From Candidatus Berkelbacteria bacterium RIFCSPLOWO2_01_FULL_50_28 (GTDB lineage: Bacteria > Patescibacteriota > UBA1384 > 2-12-FULL-50-11), in the NCBI GenBank assembly GCA_001774395.1, contig MEZX01000002.1:160753-224752 (forward strand): a stretch of 64,000 nucleotides of DNA. The letters run 5' to 3'. Positions within the stretch are counted from its first letter, which is position 1. Each line of letters opens with the position of its first letter. The translations under genes and the position numbers were made by a program. Positions 39,375 to 50,000 of the stretch are shown piece after piece. The notes beneath the pieces are model-generated. The model was not told the DNA's origin, did no database searches, and saw only the letters and a program-made list of their open reading frames with translations.

Positions 39375-39953
39375 ATGTCACTACTGGACTTGGATTACCG
39401 CCTAACCTTTTCGCTTTTTAACTTTGGCAACTCGAGCGAGTTTGTGAAATATCTGTCGCTTGGCTTAGCGGCAGTTTTTGCCTACGGTCTGCCACTGGTT
39501 CTGATCTGGATGTTCTGGCGCGGCGCCAAAAATAGGATTGATAGCATTAAGCTTTTTTTGCTGGGAATTTTTACTTGGAAAATTTTCAACAGTGCCGTTG
39601 GAGCGTATTATTACAACACTTGGGGATTTCGCGATCGGCCCTTTAGCTTAAACGGCACGGTGGAGCTATTTTTTGAACAACCGCAAAAAGCGTTTCCGTC
39701 CGATCACGCCGCGCTGTTACTGGCGGTCACAGCCGGGTTTTTCTTCTATCGCTACCCCAAATTGGGCTGGTGGTTTTTAGCTGGGACAATTCTGAGTAGT
39801 CTAGGACGAATCACGGTAGGATTTCACTACGTAGGAGACATCTTGGCCGGCTGGGTCGTTGGCCTGGTCGCGGCCGCGTTGTTTATCGCTTTAGACAAGC
39901 CGCTGCACCGCACTCTGGAGCGGTTGCTTACGCGAATCGGTCTGCTAAAGTAG
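39375..39953 (+). CDS. PAP2-family phosphatase (undecaprenyl-diphosphatase-like)
   Basis: R.RP, FPSDHA, GRI.VGFHY..D. Confidence 0.88.
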   Translation: MSLLDLDYRLTFSLFNFGNSSEFVKYLSLGLAAVFAYGLPLVLIWMFWRGAKNRIDSIKLFLLGIFTWKIFNSAVGAYYYNTWGFRDRPFSLNGTVELFFEQPQKAFPSDHAALLLAVTAGFFFYRYPKLGWWFLAGTILSSLGRITVGFHYVGDILAGWVVGLVAAALFIALDKPLHRTLERLLTRIGLLK

Positions 39954-39971
39954 AGAGGATTTAAGGGGAGG

Positions 39972-40562
39972 ATGAGCGTAACAAGATTAGCTAATTTTAT
40001 TTCGATTGCTGCCAACCCGGTCCTGCTACTGCTAGGGGCGGTAATGGTGGTTATTAACCATTACGTTGACTCAACCGCCACCTTTTGGCATCACAGCGGT
40101 TACGCGGCACTCCTTTTGGTAGCCCCGGGCGGCTTGTACACAATTTATCTCTGGCGAAAGGTTGGCGAAATTGATCTAGATATCTCGAATCGTGAAGATC
40201 GGATTGTACCGATGATGCTAACAATTCTGGGCGCCGTAGTTGGTACAGCGCTACTGGCGCGCAGCCAAACTACGAGCGCAACGCTGGAAACGATGAGTTA
40301 TGTCTTAGTTGCCCTGCTGATTACCCTTACCACCATTACTCTGGTGTGGAAGATTAGCATTCATACTGCCACCCTGTCGGCCCTTGCCACCTTAATGGCC
40401 TATTTTGGTGGGTTGAATTACACCTATTTCTTTATTCTTCTTATTCCAGTTGCTTGGGCACGAACGGTGTTGCACCAACACACAAAAGCCCAGCTTCTGG
40501 GTGGGGCAATCTGGGGGGCTCTCGTCACCTGGATACTGGCCTGGTTTTTCTCCGGCCGCTAG
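39972..40562 (+). CDS. PAP2-like multi-pass membrane protein
   Basis: WKISIH, WAR..L..HT..Q...G. Confidence 0.8.
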   Translation: MSVTRLANFISIAANPVLLLLGAVMVVINHYVDSTATFWHHSGYAALLLVAPGGLYTIYLWRKVGEIDLDISNREDRIVPMMLTILGAVVGTALLARSQTTSATLETMSYVLVALLITLTTITLVWKISIHTATLSALATLMAYFGGLNYTYFFILLIPVAWARTVLHQHTKAQLLGGAIWGALVTWILAWFFSGR

Positions 40563-40629
40563 AGCAACTTATTACAGGTTCATATATAGTTCTCTTCTGT
40601 AGAGCTCGAACAACGTGTATAAATTAGTT

Positions 40630-41319
40630 ATGGATAGTAACACTACTTTAGTGGCACAACAAGAAGAGTGGAACAAGGTTGTCAAGGACTTGGAAGGCGA
40701 GAATCTGAAACTTGCTTCATATGACAACACCCTCGTTCCCCTTCTTGGCGACTTAACGGATAAGAATGTTCTTGATTATGGGGCTGGGCCAGGCGTTCTA
40801 GCTCTCGGGTTAAAAAAGCTCGGAGCAAAAATTAAAGTATGGGATATAAATCCCGAAATGCGTAAAAAAGCTAGCGGTAAGATCGGGACAGAGAACACTT
40901 ACCAAAACCTAGAAGACATACCACGAGATCACTTTGATTTTATTATTTGTAATCTAGTACTCTGTATTGTCCCCGAGAGTGAGGTTAGGGCTATTATTGG
41001 TAATATAAAAGAACTATTAAACGAAAATGGGCTGTCATATATCGGGTTCTGCAATCCCAAGATATTCGACATCAAAGAATCAAACCTCGACTTCCGCTTC
41101 CCAACTGGTAATAAATACGATGATAATCACGACTATAAAAAGGTCAAGAAAGAAGGTGGCTACGAGATCATTGAGACTCACAGACCAATTGAGTGGTATG
41201 AAAAGGTTTTTGCCGAATCAGGCTTGGAACTAGTTGATACCCACTTCACTCCTGAATACGAGCTCGAAGGCGAAAAGATTCAAGATTTCGTAATCTTCGA
41301 GCTTCGTCGTAAGCCTTAG
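40630..41319 (+). CDS. Class I SAM-dependent methyltransferase
   Basis: VLDYGAGPG, WDINPEM, FDFIICNLVLC. Confidence 0.88.
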   Translation: MDSNTTLVAQQEEWNKVVKDLEGENLKLASYDNTLVPLLGDLTDKNVLDYGAGPGVLALGLKKLGAKIKVWDINPEMRKKASGKIGTENTYQNLEDIPRDHFDFIICNLVLCIVPESEVRAIIGNIKELLNENGLSYIGFCNPKIFDIKESNLDFRFPTGNKYDDNHDYKKVKKEGGYEIIETHRPIEWYEKVFAESGLELVDTHFTPEYELEGEKIQDFVIFELRRKP

Positions 41320-41355
41320 CATCTGTTTGCTCGAATGCTCGAACGAGACAGCTAC

Positions 41356-42291
41356 ATGACCGATGAGATGCCTGAGCACCTCGAAGCTGACAAAAGTCGG
41401 TTACTAGATTCAATCGATTCAAGACACGAGGGACTCGATATTGAGCAAGTAAATTACTTTCTCGGCTCATACGGACTTAAGCCCAGGGAGTCTGTCATTT
41501 TCTATGATGAAGATATTGACCAGTTAAAAGAGGTACTTCCAGAGGACCGAAGTTTTCAGACGTTTCTGGATGACGCAAGGGGACGCAGATGTGGCGCCTA
41601 CTTTCCAAGATACCAAACATCCCTTCTTCGTCGGCCCAGGGAGTATGAGGCAACGAATGGTCCAGTAGTAACCGAGGGATTCCTGGTTCATGAACTCAGT
41701 CACTCTACGAGCGAACTCGCTAGCTACAAGATAACTGATTTGGGAGATGAAATAGGCATTAGCGTTCCGCGATGTGGACAAAATGTCAGCGGCGAGGGAA
41801 AGAGTTGGGGAAACTTCTTCGAAGAAGGCTTTGCTGAAATGATGAGAGCCGAATATGTAAAAACTTTCCAAGGGGAAGCAGAAAGGGTAAAACTTCTAAC
41901 TCGGCTGGGCAAACCTTCAGAATCAACCCTTGATGCGTCGATACCATCTTCGTACCGAGATCTAACATATTACATTCCACTCAAGTACGCTTATATAACC
42001 CCAGACAACAATAATGTACAAATAAGCGTCACTACAATGGCTGGCATGGGCTTGGAGCTAATATGCAAGAAGGAGCCTCGGCTCTGGAACGCTCTAATCA
42101 GCGCCCGAAAGGAAATGTCAGGACTACGGGAAGTTCCTAAAATTATCAATGGTTTAAAAAGTGGACTCTATACCGACTTAAGAGCACTGGGATATAGCCG
42201 GGAAGATTTCTCTGATGGCTACAAGAAGATTGTAGACAGTCTGTTCGACGGAAAATTAAGCCTAAACGACCAAGGAGATATTAATATTTAG
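41356..42291 (+). CDS. Hypothetical protein with gluzincin-like HEXXH...EEG motif
   Basis: FLVHELSHS ... FFEEGFAE. Confidence 0.65.
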   Translation: MTDEMPEHLEADKSRLLDSIDSRHEGLDIEQVNYFLGSYGLKPRESVIFYDEDIDQLKEVLPEDRSFQTFLDDARGRRCGAYFPRYQTSLLRRPREYEATNGPVVTEGFLVHELSHSTSELASYKITDLGDEIGISVPRCGQNVSGEGKSWGNFFEEGFAEMMRAEYVKTFQGEAERVKLLTRLGKPSESTLDASIPSSYRDLTYYIPLKYAYITPDNNNVQISVTTMAGMGLELICKKEPRLWNALISARKEMSGLREVPKIINGLKSGLYTDLRALGYSREDFSDGYKKIVDSLFDGKLSLNDQGDINI

Positions 42292-42346
42292 GTGGTCACT
42301 TTGGCTGAAAGCTACAGTTCTAACATCCTCCACGATTCGGAGGTAG

Positions 42347-43459
42347 CTAGATTTCCAAATCTTTGACCGGTTGCTGAATTGGCGTGCTTGACGCTGTGGG
42401 CGGAGCCGGGGGCGCTTGGAACGGCTTGTTCACGTTGACGCTAGGCGGCGGAGGTGGCGGCGGCGGCAGAGACTCTCCTGGTTCAACGATGGTTTTTGGC
42501 GGACTGTCGAAAGTAATAGTTGATCCCGTAGACACAGCTGGAGCCGGTTTTGGCTGGTCAGTAGTAAAAGGCGTGGCCAGCGGGTTGGGAGGCGGGGGGC
42601 CGAGCGGTGGTTTAGGTAATGAGGGAGCCTCTGGTGGTTTAGGAAAAGCGGGGGCTGTAACGTTCGGGCTGCTAGATAAGGTGTTCGGCGCCAAAGCTGG
42701 TGGAACTGTCGGTAGTGGGGGGATGGGTGGTGTTGTAAAGGCCGGTTTCGGTAGCGGCGGTACTGGCGGCGCGTTCACGGGAGGTGTAAACGGTTGAGGC
42801 GCACTGTTGGCGATAGTTGGCGGCATTGGCGGCGGGGTTGGTGTAGGGGCAAACGCCGGTTTCGGTGGTACTAACGGCCAAGCGGCGGCGGCTTTTGGCG
42901 GGGGTACGGCGGCGGGAGCGGAGCTCGGCACTGAGGGGAACGGAAAGGAGGGTCTGACGGTGTCTTGACCGGTCCAAGACGGATCAACTTTTGGTTTTTC
43001 GATAATCTCTTTTGGCGGCTCAGCAGCGGCTGGTGCGATCTTCGGCTCGTAGTTTACTGGTGGGGTATTGGTAGCCGGCGGCGTGCTAGCAACGATAGTC
43101 GCTGGTAAGGCGACAACCGCGACGTTCCCTTGGGATCTCATCCCGTCGTGTATAGGCGCTGGGGCGTTGAAAATCGGCGCTTTTTCTTGTGGCTTTGGTT
43201 CGGGTCTAGATGGCTGATGATTAGACTTGAAAGCCGGTTTAGGTGGCGCAAAACTGGTCGAGTGACTGTCGGAAACACCGTTGCTTCGGCCGATTAATTC
43301 TTCAAGGTAACTAATGTTGACCAGCGCGATTGTTGGCTTACCGCCCTTTGTGAGGACGTACATGCCTTCTTGGGCCGATTCAATATCAGAAACGAGACGA
43401 CTAAAATTGTCTCTTGCGTCAGTTAACGGCACTATTCTGTCGATTGGTACACTAATCAT
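42347..43459 (-). CDS. Phd/YefM antitoxin-like domain fused to a long proline-rich tail
   Basis: IVPLTDARDNFSRLV.......YVLTKGGKP.IALV; ~300 aa Pro-rich region. Confidence 0.8.
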   Translation of the reverse strand: MISVPIDRIVPLTDARDNFSRLVSDIESAQEGMYVLTKGGKPTIALVNISYLEELIGRSNGVSDSHSTSFAPPKPAFKSNHQPSRPEPKPQEKAPIFNAPAPIHDGMRSQGNVAVVALPATIVASTPPATNTPPVNYEPKIAPAAAEPPKEIIEKPKVDPSWTGQDTVRPSFPFPSVPSSAPAAVPPPKAAAAWPLVPPKPAFAPTPTPPPMPPTIANSAPQPFTPPVNAPPVPPLPKPAFTTPPIPPLPTVPPALAPNTLSSSPNVTAPAFPKPPEAPSLPKPPLGPPPPNPLATPFTTDQPKPAPAVSTGSTITFDSPPKTIVEPGESLPPPPPPPPSVNVNKPFQAPPAPPTASSTPIQQPVKDLEI

Positions 43460-43624
43460 CGTTTGCCTCCGGCAAACTCAGAATTCTCACAGTGTTGCAC
43501 TAGATTCGAAATCATCTTCCCCCTTAATACAACGGTAGCCGACCACTAATTTGGTGTCAAATAATACACCCGTAGCGGCTCCAATATATTCAGTTTAGTT
43601 GATAATTAAGGTACAATCGGCAGC

Positions 43625-44902
43625 ATGAGTACACCACGCATTAGCGAACAAACGCTCGGCAACGGACTGAAGGTAGTTGCCATCGATCTGCCCGGATTCC
43701 ATTCCGTTACCAACTTTTTATGCATTCGTAGCGGCTCACGCTACGAAGATCAAACCAACAATGGGGTGGCTCATTTTCTGGAGCACATGGTTTTCAAAGG
43801 TACCGAAAAATTTCCTGACACATTAAGCGTGGCCCAATCGATCGAAGGAATCGGCGGACATTTTAACGCCTGGACTTCCAACGACCATACCGCCTATTGG
43901 AATACCGTGCCGCACGACGAATGGCAGCGCGGGATCGAAGTGCCGTTTGAGCTGGCATTCCGCCCGTTAATGAGAACAACTGATCTGGAGCGCGAACGCG
44001 GGGTGATAGTTGAAGAAATCAGACGCATGCGCGACGAGCCAGCCAGCTACGTTGACGATATTCTGGGTTCGGTACTTTTTCCCGATAGTAGCCTGGGTCT
44101 TTCCGTGATTGGCACAGAAGAGCGCATCAAAAAAATGACCCTGGAACAGTTCCAAGACTACCGCGCCAAATACTATCACAGCGCTCAGAGCGTCTTTGTC
44201 GTTGCGGGCAATCTTCACGGTAAGGATATCTTTGCCGAAGTTGAGAGACTGACCAAAACGCTTCAGTCCAAACCAGTCACCAAGCCCAGTTTCGTTAGCT
44301 CGCCCAGCAGCAAAGCGGTAAAACTTCATACCAAAAAAACCGACCAGACCCATTTTATGCTGGCCGTAACTGACCCAACTTTGGGGCTGCACGGACCCGA
44401 GCAGTACGTGGCGACAATCCTGAACGCCGTGCTGGGCCAGGGAATGAGCTCCAGATTGTTTTTGAACATTCGTGAACGTCAGGGCTTGGCTTACGCCATC
44501 CGATCGTATTTCTCGCCGTTTGAAGACACCGGGGTAATTCAAATTTACGGCGGGGTAAACACCGAAAAAGTCAGCGCCACGCTGACCGCGTTGGAGCACG
44601 AGCTGAGCCGTCTGCAAAACGAGCCGGTTGGCGCCGACGAGCTATCCAAAGCCATCAGGATGGTCACAGGTTCGTACGATTTGACTGCGGATTCTCCGTC
44701 AGAGCTGGCTCGGTGGTACGGTTCAACCCGTTTAATGGGACTTGACGATAACCTTGAGCAGTCAAAGAAAGAGCTTGAAGCGGTGAGCGCCGAGCAGATT
44801 CAGGAGCTTGCGAAAAAAGTCCTGGGCAAAGAACGCCAAGTTATCGCCGTTATCGGGCCGTACGATGACGACGCCCAGTTCCGAAAATTTCTTAACCTCT
44901 AG
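43625..44902 (+). CDS. M16-family zinc peptidase
   Basis: GSRYE...GVAHFLEHMVFKGT (HXXEH); SSRLF..IRE..GLAY. Confidence 0.95.
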   Translation: MSTPRISEQTLGNGLKVVAIDLPGFHSVTNFLCIRSGSRYEDQTNNGVAHFLEHMVFKGTEKFPDTLSVAQSIEGIGGHFNAWTSNDHTAYWNTVPHDEWQRGIEVPFELAFRPLMRTTDLERERGVIVEEIRRMRDEPASYVDDILGSVLFPDSSLGLSVIGTEERIKKMTLEQFQDYRAKYYHSAQSVFVVAGNLHGKDIFAEVERLTKTLQSKPVTKPSFVSSPSSKAVKLHTKKTDQTHFMLAVTDPTLGLHGPEQYVATILNAVLGQGMSSRLFLNIRERQGLAYAIRSYFSPFEDTGVIQIYGGVNTEKVSATLTALEHELSRLQNEPVGADELSKAIRMVTGSYDLTADSPSELARWYGSTRLMGLDDNLEQSKKELEAVSAEQIQELAKKVLGKERQVIAVIGPYDDDAQFRKFLNL

Positions 44903-44934
44903 GAAACTAACCCAGCCGGTTATATAATCAAGAT

Positions 44935-45450
44935 ATGAGAATTGAGCAGACACTGGTGTTAATTAAACCCGACGCGATTGAGCGATCGCTCGTGGGACGC
45001 GTCATAACTCACTTTGAACAACGGGGGCTAAAATTACTTGGATTGAAAATGCTAGTTGCTTCTAAGGAATTGGCAAAAAGTCATTACGGGGATTTCGTCG
45101 AGCGCTACACCGTAAAGCTAGGCGCCGAGAAGGCTAATAGCATTATGGACGAGATGGTCGGCTTTTTAACTTCCGGCCCGATTATTGCCATGGTTGTTGA
45201 GGGCATTGGCGCTGTGGCCGTGGTCCGAAAAATAGTTGGCTCTACTTACCCCAGTGAAGCAGCCGCCGGAACGATCCGTGGCGATTTTGCCCACGTTTCG
45301 CAGGATTACGCCAACGCCAAGGGTATTACGGTCAAAAATCTTGTGCACGCTTCGGGCTCACCGGAGGAAGCCGAGATTGAAGTGAAGCTGTGGTTTGCCG
45401 AGAGTGAACTAATTCAGTACGACTCAGTTCACGACCGACACGTTCTCTAG
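44935..45450 (+). CDS. ndk: Nucleoside diphosphate kinase
   Basis: EQTLVLIKPDA, GTIRGDF, NLVHASGS. Confidence 0.95.
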   Translation: MRIEQTLVLIKPDAIERSLVGRVITHFEQRGLKLLGLKMLVASKELAKSHYGDFVERYTVKLGAEKANSIMDEMVGFLTSGPIIAMVVEGIGAVAVVRKIVGSTYPSEAAAGTIRGDFAHVSQDYANAKGITVKNLVHASGSPEEAEIEVKLWFAESELIQYDSVHDRHVL

Positions 45451-45452
45451 CG

Positions 45453-46502
45453 ATGACGCCGCTTTACCTTGCGGCCGGAGCTGGTTTTATCCTGTCACTA
45501 ATATTGACCAGTTTTCTGATAAAGTTCTCGTGGAGAACTGGCAAGTTTTTGCCGGAAATTCGGCCGCGCGATGTCCATAAAACTCGGGTGCCACGCGTCG
45601 GCGGCGTAGCGATGGTGGCCGCCTTCCTGGTGGTGACACTTGTGATCCTGCTTTTTTGGCCTGACCTGCTGCATTTTAGCTCCAAAAAGATACTTGGCAT
45701 CGATCGTAACCTGTTGGGATTGATTTTGGGCCTGGTGGTTCTAAGCGCGGTCAACCTGGTAGATGATCTGAGGAGCCTGTCGTGGAGAAAAAAGTTGGCG
45801 ACCCAGATTGTGGCTGCGGTGATCGTCGCCCTGTGCGGCATAAAAATACTCTGGCTGGGACAGTACGCCGCTACACCGCTGCTGGCCAGTGTTTACAGCC
45901 TGACGTTTGTGGCCGTGTGGCTGGTGTTTGTTGGTAACGTTGTTAACTGGTTGGATAGCATCAACGGTTTGGCCGGCGGGGTAAGCGTTATCACCCTCGG
46001 AATAGTGATGTTTTTGAGCCTCTCGCTTCGATCTTCACAGCAACCGGTGGCGCTGGTGGCCGCGGTAACTATTGGGGTGACGCTAGCTTTCTTAATTTTT
46101 AACCTGCGCGGTAAGGTCTTCATGGGAGATACCGGATCGTTCTTCTTGGGATTTGTGATCGGCGTGTTGGCAATTATCTCTGGCGGAAAAGTTGCGACCG
46201 CCGGACTAGTTTTAGCAATCCCTTTTCTCGACGCGATGGTGGTGGTAATCACGCGTCTTATCAATCGCCAGTCTCCGTTTTTGCCCGACAACAAACACCT
46301 TACACACCGGTTGATAAATCTCGGTTGGCCGCGCTGGATGATAGTTGGCTTCTACTACATGTTGAGCCTGTCGTTTGGCTTAGTGGCCTTGAATACCCAA
46401 ATGTCGGGTAAACTTCAGGCCACGCTGGTGGCGGCCCTCATAATGGCGACGCTGGTAGTCGGTTACAATGTTGCGTTGCGACGCCGTGGCTGTAAGTATT
46501 AA
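45453..46502 (+). CDS. WecA/TagO/MraY-family undecaprenyl-phosphate sugar-1-phosphate transferase
   Basis: H...VPRVGG, DD, N..D..NGLA, FMGDTGS, D..HL.HRL. Confidence 0.9.
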   Translation: MTPLYLAAGAGFILSLILTSFLIKFSWRTGKFLPEIRPRDVHKTRVPRVGGVAMVAAFLVVTLVILLFWPDLLHFSSKKILGIDRNLLGLILGLVVLSAVNLVDDLRSLSWRKKLATQIVAAVIVALCGIKILWLGQYAATPLLASVYSLTFVAVWLVFVGNVVNWLDSINGLAGGVSVITLGIVMFLSLSLRSSQQPVALVAAVTIGVTLAFLIFNLRGKVFMGDTGSFFLGFVIGVLAIISGGKVATAGLVLAIPFLDAMVVVITRLINRQSPFLPDNKHLTHRLINLGWPRWMIVGFYYMLSLSFGLVALNTQMSGKLQATLVAALIMATLVVGYNVALRRRGCKY

Positions 46503-46505
46503 GTA

Positions 46506-47021
46506 ATGGAAGAAGAATACTCGTTTAAAGGACAGCGTTCGGATGAGCAAGTGGTGCTGGTTACCAAGCAACATCTGTGGCTCTTGTCGCCGTTAGTTCT
46601 TGTTTGGGCGGTGATAATTGGGTTGATTCTGCTCTTGGTTTGGTGGCAAGGGGCGTCGCGAGTGAGTTCGTATATAACTTTTGGCATCGCCGTGGTTGGG
46701 CTAATTTACAGCTATTACTTTTGGTTTATCTGGAACAACTCCGATTATATTGTGACCAACCAGCGGGTGATCAAAATGGATCAAATTAGCTTCTTCAACC
46801 GGGTTATTTCTGAAGCCGAAATTGACCGAATCCAAGAGATTTCAACCGAGGTGGCGGGGCCGATTCACACCTTACTCAAATTCGGCACGGTCCGTATTAA
46901 AACAGCATCGGACTCCGGCAAAATGGACCTGGACGACTTGACCGACCCGTACTCGGTTCAGCAAGTTATTGTGAGTATCCAGAAAAAAACCCACCCCAAC
47001 CGGCCCCCGCGGATTATTTAG
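46506..47021 (+). CDS. Membrane protein with bacterial PH domain
   Basis: Two TMs; YIVTNQRVI...IQEI.....G....L.FGTV.I.TA. Confidence 0.85.
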   Translation: MEEEYSFKGQRSDEQVVLVTKQHLWLLSPLVLVWAVIIGLILLLVWWQGASRVSSYITFGIAVVGLIYSYYFWFIWNNSDYIVTNQRVIKMDQISFFNRVISEAEIDRIQEISTEVAGPIHTLLKFGTVRIKTASDSGKMDLDDLTDPYSVQQVIVSIQKKTHPNRPPRII

Positions 47022-50000
47022 ACGTTGTCGAGAAAAAGTTGGGCAATCTCTTCGTCTAGATCGGCGCACTTTTCGACAGTCAGTGTTGTGCGGACGGCTT
47101 TAACGAGGCCGTTCTGGGCAACTCGTAGTTCAACCGGGGTTGTGCCAGGGTAGCCCTCTAGGAGTGATTTTAGTTTTGGGACAAGAGAGCGCGCGGCACC
47201 AGAAGGTAGATCGATCATGTAAGTTGAGGGCCCGTTGGGTTTGGCGGGGGAAGAGCCGCCGTTGGGTCGAGCCGCCCTGACTGTGCTCTCTAGCTTCGGT
47301 AGCATCTGCGGGCTGACTTCTTTCAAGTCCCAAACCCTTTCTGCCAAAAGTTTGACGGTGGAATCTTTGTCGGAAATCCGGGCGTCAACGATCACCATTT
47401 TGTCGGTCTGCCAGAGCGTTGGGAATTGGCCTAGAATTGTCGGGAAAACTATCACTTCTAGCTGGCCGGTTAGATCTTCCAGCTCGGCAAATGCCATCTG
47501 AGCCCCAGCTTTGGTGGTAATTTTTTTGAACTGCTGCAGTATTCCCGCTACTCGTACCATCTTGCCTGCCTGCTCGATGCTGAGCGTCGCAATCGGTGTC
47601 GCAAGGCTTGTTAGGGCAGGGAACTGTTTGAGCGGGTGATCGGAAAGGTAAAGTCCAAGTAGCTCCTTTTCCCAAGTTAAATAGGCCGCTTTATCTTCGA
47701 CGGTTGTTGGTAGCACAACAGCGGGCAAGTTCTGCTTATTGACCGCTTCGGCGAAGATACTGAGCTGACCCTCCGTCACTCCTTTGCCGCCGGCCGCGTA
47801 TTTAACCAGTAGCTCTAGAGCTCCGTGAAGATCGCTTCGTTTACCGAATCTGTCGAGCGCTCCGGAGCGCACGAGGCTGTCTAGGACTTTCTTGTTGAGC
47901 GTCGCCCCGTTTCGACTCAGGAAATCTTCCAAGGTTTCGTACGGGCCGTTGGTTTTGCGCTCCCGTACCATGGCCTTGGCCACCGCGGTACCGACGTTCT
48001 TAATGGCCCCGAGTCCAAAACGGATTGCCTTCTTCTCTTTTAGCACGGCAAAGGCGGCGAACGATTCGTCGACGTCTGGCGGCAAAACTTTCAATCCCAT
48101 ATGCTCGCACTCGGAAATTTCAATAGAGAGGCGATCGGTGTTATCTAGGTCACTAGTCATCAGGGCGGCCATAAAACAATCTGGGAAGTGAGCCTTGAGA
48201 TAGGCCGTTTGATAAGCGATAGTGGCGTAGCTGACGGCGTGGCTTTTGTTGAAGCAATACGCGGCGAAGTCTTCGAGCTGTTTCCAAATATCTCGTGCCT
48301 TAGTCTCGACTACCCCGTTTTTGACCGCGCCCGTGATGAATTTTTCTTTCATCTGGGCCATCAATTTTGGTATTTTTTTACCGACTGCTTTGCGCATTGT
48401 GTCGGCTTCCGCCCCCGTGAAACCGCACATGTCTTTGCTCATCCGCATGACTTGCTCTTGGTAGACTGGAATCCCGTAGGTGTCTTTGAGGGCGTCTTTT
48501 GCCAATGGATGCAGATACTCAATTTTTTCTTTGCCGTTTTTGCGATCGATGAAACTCTGAATCCACTGCATCGGGCCGGGTCGGTAAAGCGCTACCATGG
48601 CGACGATATCCTCGAGCTTATTGGGGCGTAGCTCCTTGATGTAGCGTTTCATTCCGCTCGAGTTATGGACAACAAAGCCGTTAGCAACGTAGTTATTGCC
48701 CGGGGTTTCCATTTTTATGTCATACGTCTCTTCAATTCCGGCGGGTTTGATTGCTTTGACGGTGACGTAATCAAATCCTGAGGGAATTCGCGGGCACTCC
48801 CAGGCGACTAGCGTTCGGTACTTGAGGGCGAACTCGGCGAACTTTGTCGTGCTAATTATGACTAACTTGATTGCCGGGTATTGTTTCTGGAATTCTTCCA
48901 TCTTCAGCCGGTCGCCATCGTGTAGCCAGCCCTTAATCTCATAGTAAGTATTTTCGCTTGGAACAAAAAAGTCTGGCGTATAATTGGTGCTTCTACCGTC
49001 TGGTAAGGTGACGGGGAAAGTTTCAGGTTCGTAGTCGTAAGCTAACCCGTTATGAATTAGAACACGGGCAAAATCAGCCTCCCAATTTGAGCGAACATAA
49101 TGTCCTAAGTCCTGCCGAAAACCACCCTTTCTGTGCGGTGGCCTGCGGCCAAACATGTGATTTTTTTCGCCTCTCATTGCTTCGCTCATCCGTAAGCGGA
49201 TCTCTTCTGCTCGCTCGGGCCCGAACTTATCGATGTTTGTTTTTCCGGCCAGACTGCGACTGATCTTTTCGCCCGTTAAAGCCAGTAAAGCGCTACTCTC
49301 CTTTGTTTCCCCAAGATTCCAAGGCTTTCCGCCACTTTCGTAAAAACGGTGTCGGGATTCAGCAATCCGTTGACGCGAAATTGCTTTGCTTGGATTACTG
49401 TAATGGCGTGCCGAACAGGTATAACAGTACTGGCTTTTCCCTTCTTTTTGGCCATCAATTTGCCTTCCGCAGATGTGGCAGGTGTTGTAAATCAGATGCT
49501 TGGCCTTATTCTTGAGTAAGATTTCCTCGCCGTTTATTAACTCGCTTAGCTTCTTCCAACCATCCTTAGTCAAAAAATGATGATCGGCGCTGGCCTTAAT
49601 GAACCAGCCATTAGTAGCGATGAGATTATAGAGTTGCTTTTTGGGACCCTTCAACACGCGCAGGATTTTATTTTTATGGACTTTGCCTTCGTCGAGGTAG
49701 ACTGACTCTAGCCGCTTTTTGTCCTGGGTCGTGTAAAGCTTTTTTATCGTTGTATTTGAGATGATGGTATCGCCCGATAAACATTCAAGCTGAAAGACAC
49801 CTGTTGTCTCGCCCTTGCCAAACAGCTCGAAAGTTTCTTTGTCATTTTCCGGCAGGTTGTAAACGTCAATTTTGTCGCCGTAAACTGCCTCGATTATCTC
49901 GCAGCACTGACGCAAGATGGTGTAGTTGGCCAGTCCCAAAAAGTCCATTTTTAGTAGGCCAATCTTTTCGATCGGGCCCATCGAATACTGGGTAACCTGG

